DNA of 64,000 nucleotides, taken from positions 704,001-768,000 of the forward strand of contig CAVZLN010000006.1 of assembly GCA_963776245.1 (NCBI GenBank). Direction: 5' to 3'. This document shows, in pieces, positions 1 to 12,402 of this stretch. The stretch comes from Candidatus Eiseniibacteriota bacterium (GTDB lineage Bacteria; Eisenbacteria; RBG-16-71-46). The notes beneath the pieces are model-generated. The model made no database searches and was not told the DNA's origin. It was given only the letters and a program-made list of their open reading frames with translations. Every line of letters starts with the position of its first letter. Position 1 is the stretch's first letter. The position numbers and the translations under genes are program-made.

Positions 1-1
1 C

Positions 2-1276
2 GGAGCGCGGCTGGACGAGCCCGACGAGCTGCCCGAGTTCCCGCGCCTGCGCCCGCTCCTGCTGGCGGTGGCGCGCGATGGCGAGCGCGAGGTGATCGTG
101 GTGAACGACCCGCTCGGCGTGATGCCCGCTCCCGCCGCGCTCGCGTTCGAGTCGCTCGGCCTGCTCCAGCTGCTCGACGGGCGGGTTTCGATCAACGATC
201 TCACCGCCGCGGTGATGCGCGAGAGCAAGGACCTGCGCGTCGGCAGCATGGTCAAGGACTTCATCGCCCAGCTCGACCGCCTGCTGATGCTCGACACGCC
301 GCGCTTCGAAGCGGCGTACCGGACGGTGCGCGACGACTACCACGCGCTCGAGGTGCGCCAGGCGATGTTCGAGGGCGTGTCCTACCCGGCGGATGCCGCC
401 GAGTGCGCGCGGGTGATCGACGCGGACTTCGCCGCCGCCGAGGCGTCGCGCGCCGCGTCCGGTGCCCCCGCGCCCGCCGCGGACGCTCTCCCGCGCGCGG
501 TGCTGGCGCCGCACCTCGACCCGCGTCGCGCCGGCACCACCATCGCGCGCGCGCTGATCGAGATCGGGCGCGCGCCGCGCGGGCCGCTGCGGGTGGTGGT
601 GTTCGGCACCGGGCACCAGCTCTTCGGCGACGCGTACGCGCTCACCCGCAAGCGCTACGAGACCCCGCTCGGGATGGTGGAGTGCGACACGGCGTTCGTG
701 GACGCGCTCGCCGCGCGGCTCGGGGACACGGCCTACCACGGCGAACTGGCTCACCGCGACGAGCACTCGATCGAGTTCGCGGCGGTCTACCTGCGGCGCC
801 ACCTCGCCGACCGGCCGTTCTCCATGGTGCCGATCGTGTGCGGCGGGTTCCACGACCTGATCGAGGACGGGCGCACCCCGCGCGAGGACGCGGCGTTCGA
901 GGCGTTCGTGCGGGCGGTGCGCGAGACCTCGGCGGAGCAGGGCGGCGACACCGTGTACCTCGCCGCGGTGGATTTCTCGCACGTCGGCCCGCGCTTCGGC
1001 GACGCCGCGGTGGACGAACGCGTGAAGGCCGAGGTCGAGGAAGTGGACCGCGCGGCGCTGGCGGCCGCCGCCGCGGGCGATGCCGACGCGTGGTTCACGG
1101 CGATCGCCGAGCAGCAGGACGTCACGCGCATCTGCGGGCTGGCGCCCACCTACGCCCTGCTGCGGTGCGCCGAGCCGGGCGCCGGCCGCGTGCTGCACTA
1201 CGAACAGGCCGCCGAGCCCGACAGCACGGTGGTGAGCGTGGCGGCGATGGTGTGGCCGGGCGCGCGGCACGGGTGA
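2..1276 (+). CDS. amrB: AmmeMemoRadiSam system protein B (MEMO1 family) with N-terminal PqqD-like helical extension; 5' end outside window
   Basis: MEMO motifs APHLD, GTGH, EHSIE, VDFSHVGPRFGD, ICGLAP; frame is open back to position 2 (PEFPRLRPL). Confidence 0.85.
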   Translation, partial: GARLDEPDELPEFPRLRPLLLAVARDGEREVIVVNDPLGVMPAPAALAFESLGLLQLLDGRVSINDLTAAVMRESKDLRVGSMVKDFIAQLDRLLMLDTPRFEAAYRTVRDDYHALEVRQAMFEGVSYPADAAECARVIDADFAAAEASRAASGAPAPAADALPRAVLAPHLDPRRAGTTIARALIEIGRAPRGPLRVVVFGTGHQLFGDAYALTRKRYETPLGMVECDTAFVDALAARLGDTAYHGELAHRDEHSIEFAAVYLRRHLADRPFSMVPIVCGGFHDLIEDGRTPREDAAFEAFVRAVRETSAEQGGDTVYLAAVDFSHVGPRFGDAAVDERVKAEVEEVDRAALAAAAAGDADAWFTAIAEQQDVTRICGLAPTYALLRCAEPGAGRVLHYEQAAEPDSTVVSVAAMVWPGARHG

Positions 1277-1313
1277 TCGCCGCGCACGCGGATCGCGCCG
1301 TCCGCGACCGCGG

Positions 1314-1763
1314 TCAGGCCACCGGGTGCCTCAGGAAGTAGCCGTCGGCCTTCACCCGCAGCTGGAGCACGATCCATTCGAGCTGCTGGCTCAGCTCGGC
1401 GGCGCTGGTGCCGGCCGGCCACCAGCGGTCCTCCTCGTTCAGCAGCTCGCCGAGCCGCACGCGGTAGCCGCGCGCGCGGGTGCACAGGGTCTCGTCGCCG
1501 CCCTCGGTGCGCAGCGGGAGCGCGGCGAGATCCTGGCGGGCGACCGAGATGCCCGCCTCGCCGGTGACCCAGCCGAGGTGCCGGCGCAGCCCGAGGTACA
1601 CGTTCGAGCCGTCGCCGCGATGCCAGCGGACCCACACCAGGTTGGGCTTGCTGCCCCACGCGGCCGAGGACTGGGTGGCCTCGGGCACGTGCTTCTCGAG
1701 CGCCGCCCGGGCGACGTTCGAGAACGAGCCGGCCTTGAGCGCGGTGGCCTTCGAGTGGGGCAT
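1314..1763 (-). CDS. hypothetical protein (149 aa)
   Basis: Protein-like composition, GGAGGA RBS upstream, fills the gap between flanking genes. Confidence 0.65.
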   Translation of the reverse strand: MPHSKATALKAGSFSNVARAALEKHVPEATQSSAAWGSKPNLVWVRWHRGDGSNVYLGLRRHLGWVTGEAGISVARQDLAALPLRTEGGDETLCTRARGYRVRLGELLNEEDRWWPAGTSAAELSQQLEWIVLQLRVKADGYFLRHPVA

Positions 1764-1864
1764 CAGTCCTCCCGGGGACGAGTGGCGAACAAAGCGGATC
1801 CTCGCGCGCGCCGCTGTCGCCGCGGCGGTTGCGTGCCGTGGCGCGCGGGTCTTACCCTGCGTGC

Positions 1865-4296
<2,432 letters not shown>

Positions 4297-4305
4297 GGCC
4301 CCACC

Positions 4306-6205
4306 ATGCGCTCCAACGCCGAGATCGCACAGGTGCTCTCCACGCTCGCCACCATGCTCGAGATCGAGGGCGCGAACCCGTTCCGCGTGCGCGCCTACCG
4401 CGAGGGAGCGCGGGTGGTGGAGGCGAGCGGCGAGCCGATGGCGGCGCTGGCCGACGCCGAGGGTGCGCTCGAGGCGCTGCCCGGCATCGGCAAGGACCTG
4501 GCGCAGAAGATCCGCGACCTCGCGCGCACCGGCTCCACCGAGCTGTACGACGACCTGCGCAAGAAGATCCCGCTCGAGGTGGTGGGCTTCACCGAACTGC
4601 AGGGCCTCGGCCCCAAGCGGGTGAAGACGCTGTTCGAGACCCTCGGCATCCGCGACCGCGCGGCGCTGGCCCAAGCCGCCACGGAGGGCCGGCTGCGCGA
4701 CCTGCCCGGCTTCGGCGAGAAGGTCGAGCAGAACGTCCTCAAGGCGCTCGAGGTGGCGAGCCACGAGGCGGGCCGCCTGCTGCTCGCGAACGCGTGGGGC
4801 GTGGCGCACGCGCTCGCCGAACGCGTGGCGCGCGTGCCGGGCGTGTCCCGGGTGGAACTGGCGGGCTCGTTCCGGCGCCGCCGCGAGACCGTGGGCGACC
4901 TCGACCTGCTGGTGTGCGGGGGCCGCGCCGAGGACGTGATGGAAGTCTTCACCGGGCACCCGGACGTGGCGGACGTGCTCGGGCGCGGCGACACCAAGTC
5001 GAGTGTGCGCCTGCGCAATGGCCTGCAGGTGGACCTGAGACTGGTGCCGGCCGAGTCCTTCGGGGCGGCGCTGCTCTACTTCACCGGCAGCAAGGCGCAC
5101 AACATCGAGCTGCGCCGGCTGGCGATCGACCAGGGCCTGAGCCTCAACGAGTACGGCCTCACCCGCGAGCGGGACGGCCACGTGGTGGCCGCGCGCACCG
5201 AGGAGGACGTGTACGGGGCACTCGGGCTGGCGTGGATCCCGCCCGAGTCGCGCGAGGCGTGGGGCGAGATCGCGCTGGCGCGCGAGGGCCGGCTGCCGCG
5301 GCTGATCGAGGAGCGCGACCTGGTCGCCGACCTGCACGTGCACAGCGACCGCAGCGACGGCCGCGACCCGCTCGAGGCGATGGTGCGCGCGGCGCGCGAC
5401 CGCGGATACGCGTACTGCGCCATCACCGAGCACTCGCAGTCGCTGGCGATGGCGCGCGGGTTCGACACCGCGCGGGTGCGGAAGTCGGTGGCCGAGATCG
5501 CCGCGGTGCGGCAGGCGGTGCCGGGCATCCGCGTGCTGCACGGGCTCGAGGTGGACATCCTCGCCGCGGGCGCGCTCGACCTCGACGACGAAGGACTGGC
5601 GCTGCTCGACTGGGTGATCGTCTCGCTCCACTCGCGCCTCGATCAGCCCGCGGAGGTCGCGACGGCGCGCGTGCTGCGAGGCGCTCGACCACCCGCGGGT
5701 GTACGCGATGGGACATCCGACCGGGCGCCTCATCGGCACGCGCCCCGGTTCGCCGTTCGACGTCGAGCGCGTGTTCGAGCGCGCCGCCGAACGCGGCGTG
5801 GCGATGGAGATCAACGCCCAGCCCGACCGGCTCGACCTCACCGACGTGCACGCGCGGCTGGCGAAGGCCAAGGGGGTGCGCTTCGTGATCGACACCGACG
5901 CGCACTCCATCGCGCAGCTCGAGAACCTCCGCTTCGGCGTGTTCCAGGCCCGCCGCGCCGGGCTCACGGCGGACGACGTGCTCAACACGCTCCCGTACGG
6001 GCGTTTCGCCGAGTGGCTCGAGCGTCCGCGCGCGGCCGCGACACGCGCGCCGCAGGCGACCACGGCCGAGGCGCCAGCCGTCCCCAAGCGAGCAACCGCC
6101 GCCAGACCGCGCGCGCCCAGGGCGACCGCCGCTGAAGGGCCGGCCGCTCCCGCTCGACCTCCGGCCGCGAAACCGCGCGCGCCGAAGAAGCCGAGGGCGC
6201 GTTGA
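4306..6205 (+). CDS. polX: DNA polymerase X / PHP 3'-5' exonuclease (apparent frameshift near 5680)
   Basis: AGSFRRRRETVGDLD, QVDLR, YFTGSKAHN, PHP motifs DLHVHS, ITEHS, GHPTGR, DTDAHS. Confidence 0.95.
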
Positions 6206-6699
6206 CCCGCCCGTCGCGTCCACCCGGCCCGCGCATGCGCACCCGCCTTGCCAGCGTCGTGGTGTTCGGCGCGGCGATGGGCTGGCTCGAGGCGGTGGTG
6301 GTGGTGTACATCCGCGCGCTGCTCGGCATGCCGCATGGCGGGGCGACACCGCCGCCCGACGCCTGGATGAGCGCGCTGCGCTCGGTGCCGTGGCTGCTCC
6401 CCACCGAGCAGGGCCGCGAGGCGGCGACGCTGGTGATGCTGGCGGCGGTCGGCGGGCTCGCCGCGCGCACGCTGCGGGCCCGCTTCGGCGCGTTCCTGGT
6501 GGCGTTCGGCGTGTGGGACATCACCTACTACATCGCGCTGCGGGCGCTGGTGGGCTGGCCCGCGTCCCTCGCCACCCGGGACCTGTTGTTCCTCATCCCG
6601 CCTCACCCCTGGTGGGTGCAGCCGGTGTGGGTGCCGGTGGCCATCTCCTGCGCCATGATCGCGGGCGGAACCGCGCTGATGGCGCGCCCGTCGCGCTGA
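6202..6699 (+). CDS. conserved hypothetical membrane protein
   Basis: About 4 hydrophobic segments; LEAVVVVYIR, REAATLVML, VWDITYY, DLLFLIP; TTG start overlaps polX stop. Confidence 0.75.
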   Translation: MTRPSRPPGPRMRTRLASVVVFGAAMGWLEAVVVVYIRALLGMPHGGATPPPDAWMSALRSVPWLLPTEQGREAATLVMLAAVGGLAARTLRARFGAFLVAFGVWDITYYIALRALVGWPASLATRDLLFLIPPHPWWVQPVWVPVAISCAMIAGGTALMARPSR

Positions 6700-6812
6700 A
6701 CGCGGGCGCTGCCGCCCCACCCGGGCGCGCTAAACCCGCCGTCGCCACCTGCCGATACCCTCAGCAAGAGGCCCCGATACCCTCACGCCCACCCGGCCCC
6801 TCCGGAGGAGCC

Positions 6813-7166
6813 ATGGCGGATCCCCAGTTCGACTTCCAGGTTCTCCGTGAAGTCACCGGCGACGATCCCGCGTTCGAGCGCGAGCTGCTCGAGGAGTACC
6901 TGCAGAACACCGCCGAGTTGCTCGAGCGCCAGCGGGTCGCCCTAGAGGCCCGGAACGCGAACGGGCTGGAGCGCTCCGCCCATTCCATGAAGGGCTCCTC
7001 GCTCACGCTGGGCGCCGGGAGCCTGGGGCAGTGCGCGGCGGAGATCGAGCAGTTCGCGCGCGCGCAGCAACTCGAGCGCTGCGTGGCGGTGCTCGACCGC
7101 GCGGTGCGCGAGTTCGGCGAACTGCGGCCGCTGCTCGAGGTCCATATGAAGCGTCTCGCGGCCTAG
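6813..7166 (+). CDS. stand-alone Hpt (histidine phosphotransfer) protein
   Basis: AHSMKGSS-x2-LGA motif; GGAGGAG RBS directly upstream. Confidence 0.9.
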   Translation: MADPQFDFQVLREVTGDDPAFERELLEEYLQNTAELLERQRVALEARNANGLERSAHSMKGSSLTLGAGSLGQCAAEIEQFARAQQLERCVAVLDRAVREFGELRPLLEVHMKRLAA

Positions 7167-7386
7167 CCGCGGACGCGACGCGCGCGACCGCGCGCAATCA
7201 CGCGACTGGCCGGCGGTCCCCCGCCGGCCTTCGCGCTTCCGGGCGCCCCACGCCTGCCCTTGATTCGCCCGCGGACCGGGCGCAGACTATGCGCATGTCC
7301 CGTTCCCCACGGGACCGAACGCCGATGCTCGGACCGGCCCTCTCGCCGAGGGCCCCGGATCCCGGGCCCGCTCCGGTGGAGGCCGC

Positions 7387-8022
7387 ATGCACCTCATGAC
7401 TCGCGCACTTTGCATCCTCGGTGTCCTCTCGGCAGTCGCCGCTCACGCGCAGGTCACCAGCGTTCCGAGCCCCTTCAATTCCACGGTGGGTGGATGCCTG
7501 GTGACGTCCCCGGACGGGACACTGCCCTTCACCGTCGTGGTCCGCGACCTCGCCAGCAACCCGGTCGTGGGCAGCATGGTGGTGATGGACTTCAGCCGCT
7601 GTCCGCTGGTCGCGCTCTGTCCCAACACGTGCGCCGGGTGCGTCACGGACCTGAGCGCGCGATCGGTGCGCAAGACCACGGACGCCGATGGGGCCGTCAC
7701 ATTCGACCTGCGCGCGGGGGGCGAATGCGGGGTGAACGACGTCTGGATCGTCGCGGACGGTATCCTGCTCGGCAAGCGCGGGTGCGCCTCGCTCGACATG
7801 ACCGGCGACCTGGCGGTGACCCAGGACGACGTGGCGGAGTACTCCGCCCGGTGGGACAGCCCCGACCAGGCGCTCGACCCCGGCATCGACTTCTTCTGCG
7901 CCGGTGGCGGCGGATCGCACGCCAGCATGGCGTTGCTCACGGCTCATCTCGGTTCGAACTGCGCCACCGTGGTGCCGGCACGGCTTCCCTCCTGGGGCGA
8001 GCTCAAGATCCGCTACCGATGA
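7387..8022 (+). CDS. secreted Cys-rich protein (Ig-like region, dockerin-like DxxGD motif) with C-terminal SWGELKIRYR tail
   Basis: Signal peptide ending AHA-Q; FTVVVRD-x3-NPV, TDADG, DMTGDLAV; GGAGG RBS. Confidence 0.75.
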   Translation: MHLMTRALCILGVLSAVAAHAQVTSVPSPFNSTVGGCLVTSPDGTLPFTVVVRDLASNPVVGSMVVMDFSRCPLVALCPNTCAGCVTDLSARSVRKTTDADGAVTFDLRAGGECGVNDVWIVADGILLGKRGCASLDMTGDLAVTQDDVAEYSARWDSPDQALDPGIDFFCAGGGGSHASMALLTAHLGSNCATVVPARLPSWGELKIRYR

Positions 8023-8040
8023 ACCCGTCAGACATGCGAT

Positions 8041-8070
8041 CGGCCCGGGGGCCTCACGGAGCCCGGGCCG
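8041..8070. terminator. GC-rich hairpin between convergent genes
   Basis: CGGCCCGGG (8041-8049) pairs with CCCGGGCCG (8062-8070); no clear U-tract. Confidence 0.4.
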
Positions 8071-8088
8071 TCGCGTGTCCGACGCGGA

Positions 8089-9695
8089 CTAGAGGATCTT
8101 CTCGGCGATGCTCTTGGCCTGCAGGAACAGCAGCAGGTAGTCGCGGCCGCCGGCCTTGGAGTCGGTGCCGCTCATGTTGAAGCCGCCGAACGGATGGACG
8201 CCCACCATCGCGCCGGTGCACTTGCGGTTGATGTACAGGTTGCCGACGTGGAACTCGCGCCGGGCGCGCTCGATCTTCGCCGGGTCCCGGGAGTAGCACC
8301 GCGCCGGTCAGCCCGTACTCGGTGCCGTTGGCGATCGCCAGCGCGTCGTCGAAGTCTCGCCGCCCTGATGACCGCGAGCACCGGGCCGAAGATCTCCTCC
8401 TGCGCGAGTCGCGCCGTTCGGCGGCGACGTCGGCGATGACGGTCGGCTGGACGAAGCAGCCGCTCGGGGCCCGCCACCGGGCCGCCGCCGTCGATCAGCG
8501 CGTCCCTCCTTCTTGCCCATCTCGATGTAGTCGAGGATGGTCTCGCGCGCCTTGGCGTTCACCACCGGGCCCATGTACACGCCGTGCTCGTCGGGCTCGC
8601 CCACGTTCACCAGCTTCTCCACCGCGGTCTTGCAGCCGGGCGACGAACTCGTCGTACACCTTCTCGTCCACGATGGCGCGCGAGCACGCCGAGCACTTCT
8701 GGCCGGAGAAGCCGAACGCCGCGAGCGTCACGCCCTGCGCGGCGGCGTCGAGGTCGGCGTCCTCGTCCACGACGATGCCGTCCTTGCCGCCCATCTCGGC
8801 GACCACGCGCTTGAGCCAGATCTGCCCCGGCTGCACCTCGGCGGCCAGCCGATTGATGCCGAGGCCGACCTCGCGTGAGCCGGTGAACGAGATGAAGCGC
8901 GTCTTCGGGTGGCGCACGAGGGAGTCGCCGACCGTGCCGCCCCCGCCGGTGAGGAAGTTGACCACGCCCGCGGGCAGCCCGACCTCCTCCATCAACTGCC
9001 AGAACGCCCACGCGATGCCGGGCGCGTCGCTCGACGGGCTTCAGCACCACGGTGTTGCCGGTGACGATCGCGGCGGTGGTCATGCCCACGCAGATCGCGA
9101 GCGGGAAGTTCCACGGCGGGATGACGACGCCCACGCCGATCGGGATGTAGACCACGCTGTCCTTCTCGCCCGGCATCTGCACGCACGGCTGCGGGCCGGC
9201 GTAGCGCAGCATCTCGCGGGCGTAGAACTCCATGAAGTCGATCGCCTCGGCGGTGTCGGCGTCGGCCTCGACCCAGCTCTTGCCCACCTCGAGCACCATC
9301 CAGGCCGAGAAGATGTGGCGGCGCTCGCGCATGCGCTTCGCGGCCTCGATCAGGTAGGCGGCGCGCTCGGTCGCGGGCACGCGGCTCCAGGTCGCGAACG
9401 TGGCGTGCGCGGTCTCGATCGCGCGGGTCGCCAGCTCCTGGGTGCCGAACTGGAACTTCCCGACGACCTCCGACGGCCGTGCCGGATTGAGCGAATCGAA
9501 GGTGGCGCCGCCGCTGACGCGCTCGCCGCCGATCACGATCGGATGGGTGCGGCCCAACTGCTTCCGCACCGTGGCGAGGGCCTGCTCGAAGGCCGCCTGG
9601 TGCTCGGGTCTCGAGAAGTCGATGTACGAGGTCGGCCGGTACTCGGGCAGCGACGTCAGGTCCACGGGCGCGATCCGCGCGGTGGTGGGATTCAT
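8089..9695 (-). CDS. pruA: L-glutamate gamma-semialdehyde (P5C) dehydrogenase, several apparent frameshifts
   Basis: [38 protein letters not shown]-terminal [16 protein letters not shown]...IAEKIL read by hand. Confidence 0.9.
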
Positions 9696-9816
9696 GAGCG
9701 AACCTCCGGACGGGCGCACGGAGCGCCACGCGAGATGGTGAGGCGGGCAGACGACGCGCCGAGTCTAGCGCAGCCCGGTAGCCCCGGAAAGCGCGCGCGG
9801 TGCGTCCCCCGCGCGA

Positions 9817-12401
9817 CTACCGTTCGCGCACCGGCGACGACGTATCGAGGGCGCCGGGCGCTGTCGCTGGACCGGATACCGCGAACGCTCGTCCGACGTC
9901 GTTCAGCACATTGCCGTGCACGTCGGCCGGGCGCTCGAGGTAGACGACGAAGGACTGCGACGCCGGCTCACGCTGGCGTGCGAGCCGGCGTCCCACGCCT
10001 CCGGCGGGGCGGGCACGTCCGCGGCATTGGCCGCGGAGTACCGCGCGTCGGCCACGCCGTCCTCGTCCTCCCACCCGGGATCCGGAGACCAGCTCGATCT
10101 CGGGATCGGTGCTGTTCCCGCGGGAGTCCAGCGGCCGGAGGAAGGCGCGGGTGCCCGCCTCCGCCGACATCGAGAGCGGGAAGTGGAACGTGACCTTGAG
10201 CGTCCCCGCCGGGAAGCGCCACGCCCGGCCGCGCCGCGCGCTCGCTCCGCCGGCGCCGCGATCTCGACGCGCACCGGCGCCACCCACACCGGGTTCGCGA
10301 TGCAGCGCTCGTCCCGGTCCGGGTCGCGCGCGGTGGCCACCAGCGCGGCCAGGCGGTCCATCGCCCGCGGCAGCGGACGCCGGTCCGGCGCGCCCTCGGG
10401 CCCCGCGGCCACGGCTGAACGAGTCGCGCGCGGAGGCCATCACGCGGTCGAACCTGTAGCGCGTGATGTCCCCGGCGCCCGGGGTCACGGAGCGCTTCCA
10501 CCGGCTGCGGATCCACACGCTCCTCGCCGGGCGAGGGGCACGAGCATGGTGCGTCCCGCCGTCGAACCTGCCGGATCCGCCGATCCTGCCGTCGGCGTTC
10601 TCCCAGCGGCTGGTCGCGTCGTGCCAGCGGGCCGCGCCGGCGTCCGGGTCGTGCCGCCCGTCCGCGTCGAGCTGGTACTCGAAGACCGGGCCGTCCGTGA
10701 GCACGGTGTTGCCCTCGCGAAGGGCGTCCAGCGCGTCGCGCGTGCCCGCCGGTCGGTCGTGCACCAGCGCGTACGTGCGCACGCGCGCGTAGGCGTTGCT
10801 GTGGAGCATGCCGGAGTACGGCACCGCGGTGGCCGTGACCTCGTCGGCGTAGTTGAAGTCGCCGTGGGCGTCGGAGCCCGCGCTCATGTAGAGCTTGCGG
10901 ATGAACCGGTGCTCGGGCGCCTCCTGGAACGAGAACGCGAGACCGCGGCCGAGCTGCCCGTAGAACGTGTCCAGCGACCGCGTCAGCTCGCCGTCCCAGG
11001 CGTTGGGGCAGGAACCGCTGCGCCTCGGGCCCCCCCGGGAACGGGTTCATCGCGTCGAACGCGCTCGAGGCCGGCAGGCGGCCGCTGCGCCGGGCGACCT
11101 CGTCCATCTTGATGTTCCACACCTCCGAGCCCTTGAACAGGAACTCGCTGCACGCCGAGTCGACGGAAGGGTCCGGCGCTGCGAGTCGTAGGGCGGGAAG
11201 CCGATGGCCTGCGCGAAGTACTCGGGCGGCCAGACGAAGCCCTCGAGGTTCGGGTGCGACGCGTAGACGAAGCCGGCGGGGCCCGCGGCCTTCATCCCCG
11301 CCAGCACCGTCTCGAGCGTGTTCGGGATTCTCGAGCCGCGAGGTCAGGAAGAGCCCGCCGTGCCACGGCCCTTCGAAGTGGCGCGTGCCGTACGCCAGCA
11401 GGTGGTGCCCGAGGTTCGGGAGCGGCCGAGTCGTCCTGGTTCGAGCCGCGCCGCAGCGTGATCTCCTCACCCGCCAGGCCGCCGAGGTTCGCCCGGTACC
11501 ACGCCGCCTCGCCGGCGTGGCCGTCGGTGGTCGCGGTCGGACCGAAGCGCGGCGGCACGCCCGTGTCGTAGGGCTCGCGGGAGTAGAACATGTTGTGGTC
11601 GGTGACCACGATGCTGTCCCGATAGTCGGCCCAGTTGCCGTCGCGGGGCTGCGTCTGCACCAGCCCGAGAGCGTAGGAGGCCTCGAGCAGCATGACGATC
11701 GGGCCGCCGAACGCCTTGCTGGCGCCGTTCACGTCGAGCACGCCCGAGGTCGTCTGCTCCGCGATGGTGTGCACGTGGGTGTCGAAGTAGCGATCCTCGG
11801 GGGCGAGGCTCGGGAACTGGCTGGGATCCACGATCACCCGCAGCACGCGGTGAGTTCCGGAACACGCGTGCGTCGCGAGCAGGCCCGGGCCGCGTCCATT
11901 CGACCTCGGCGCGGAGCTCGTGCACGTCCGGCACGCCGTGGCGCGCGAGCGCCGCGTGCGGGACGCGCACGACGTAGTGCCAGAAGCTCGTGACGCGCTC
12001 GTCCGCGCCCAGCCCGTCCCGCGCCTCGCCCGAGCGGGCCGACGAACGTGGCGCCGTTCAGCGTGTCGGGACCGCCCGCCGCGTCCACGACGACCGCGGG
12101 GCCGATCGGCGCGCCCGTGCGCGCATTCGAAGATCCGGATCCGCTCGACCCGGCGCCCCCCCTCGAACTGAGGGAAGAAGAACATCACCGGGATGTAGTC
12201 CCGCACGGTCCGCCACGGCGCATCCATGACGATGTCGGTGCCGGCGCGGTCCGAGTACGCCGCGCTCGGCGGCGCGAACAGGACCGCCGCGAGGCGGACG
12301 CGAGCCACGCGCACGCGAGCCCGGCGCGTCCCAGTCGTCGCCCCCGGGCGCGCCGGCTGGCGCACGGCCGGCCGATCCGCCGATGTCGGGGAGCCGACCA
12401 T
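9817..12401 (-). CDS. large secreted PHP-fold metallohydrolase (CehA/McbA-like), multiple apparent frameshifts; ends approximate
   Basis: Motifs spread over frames: DTHVHT, VTDHN, GEEIT, HHLLAYG, YASHP, SEVWN, SAGSDAHGD; signal-like N-terminus. Confidence 0.65.
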
Positions 12402-12402
12402 C

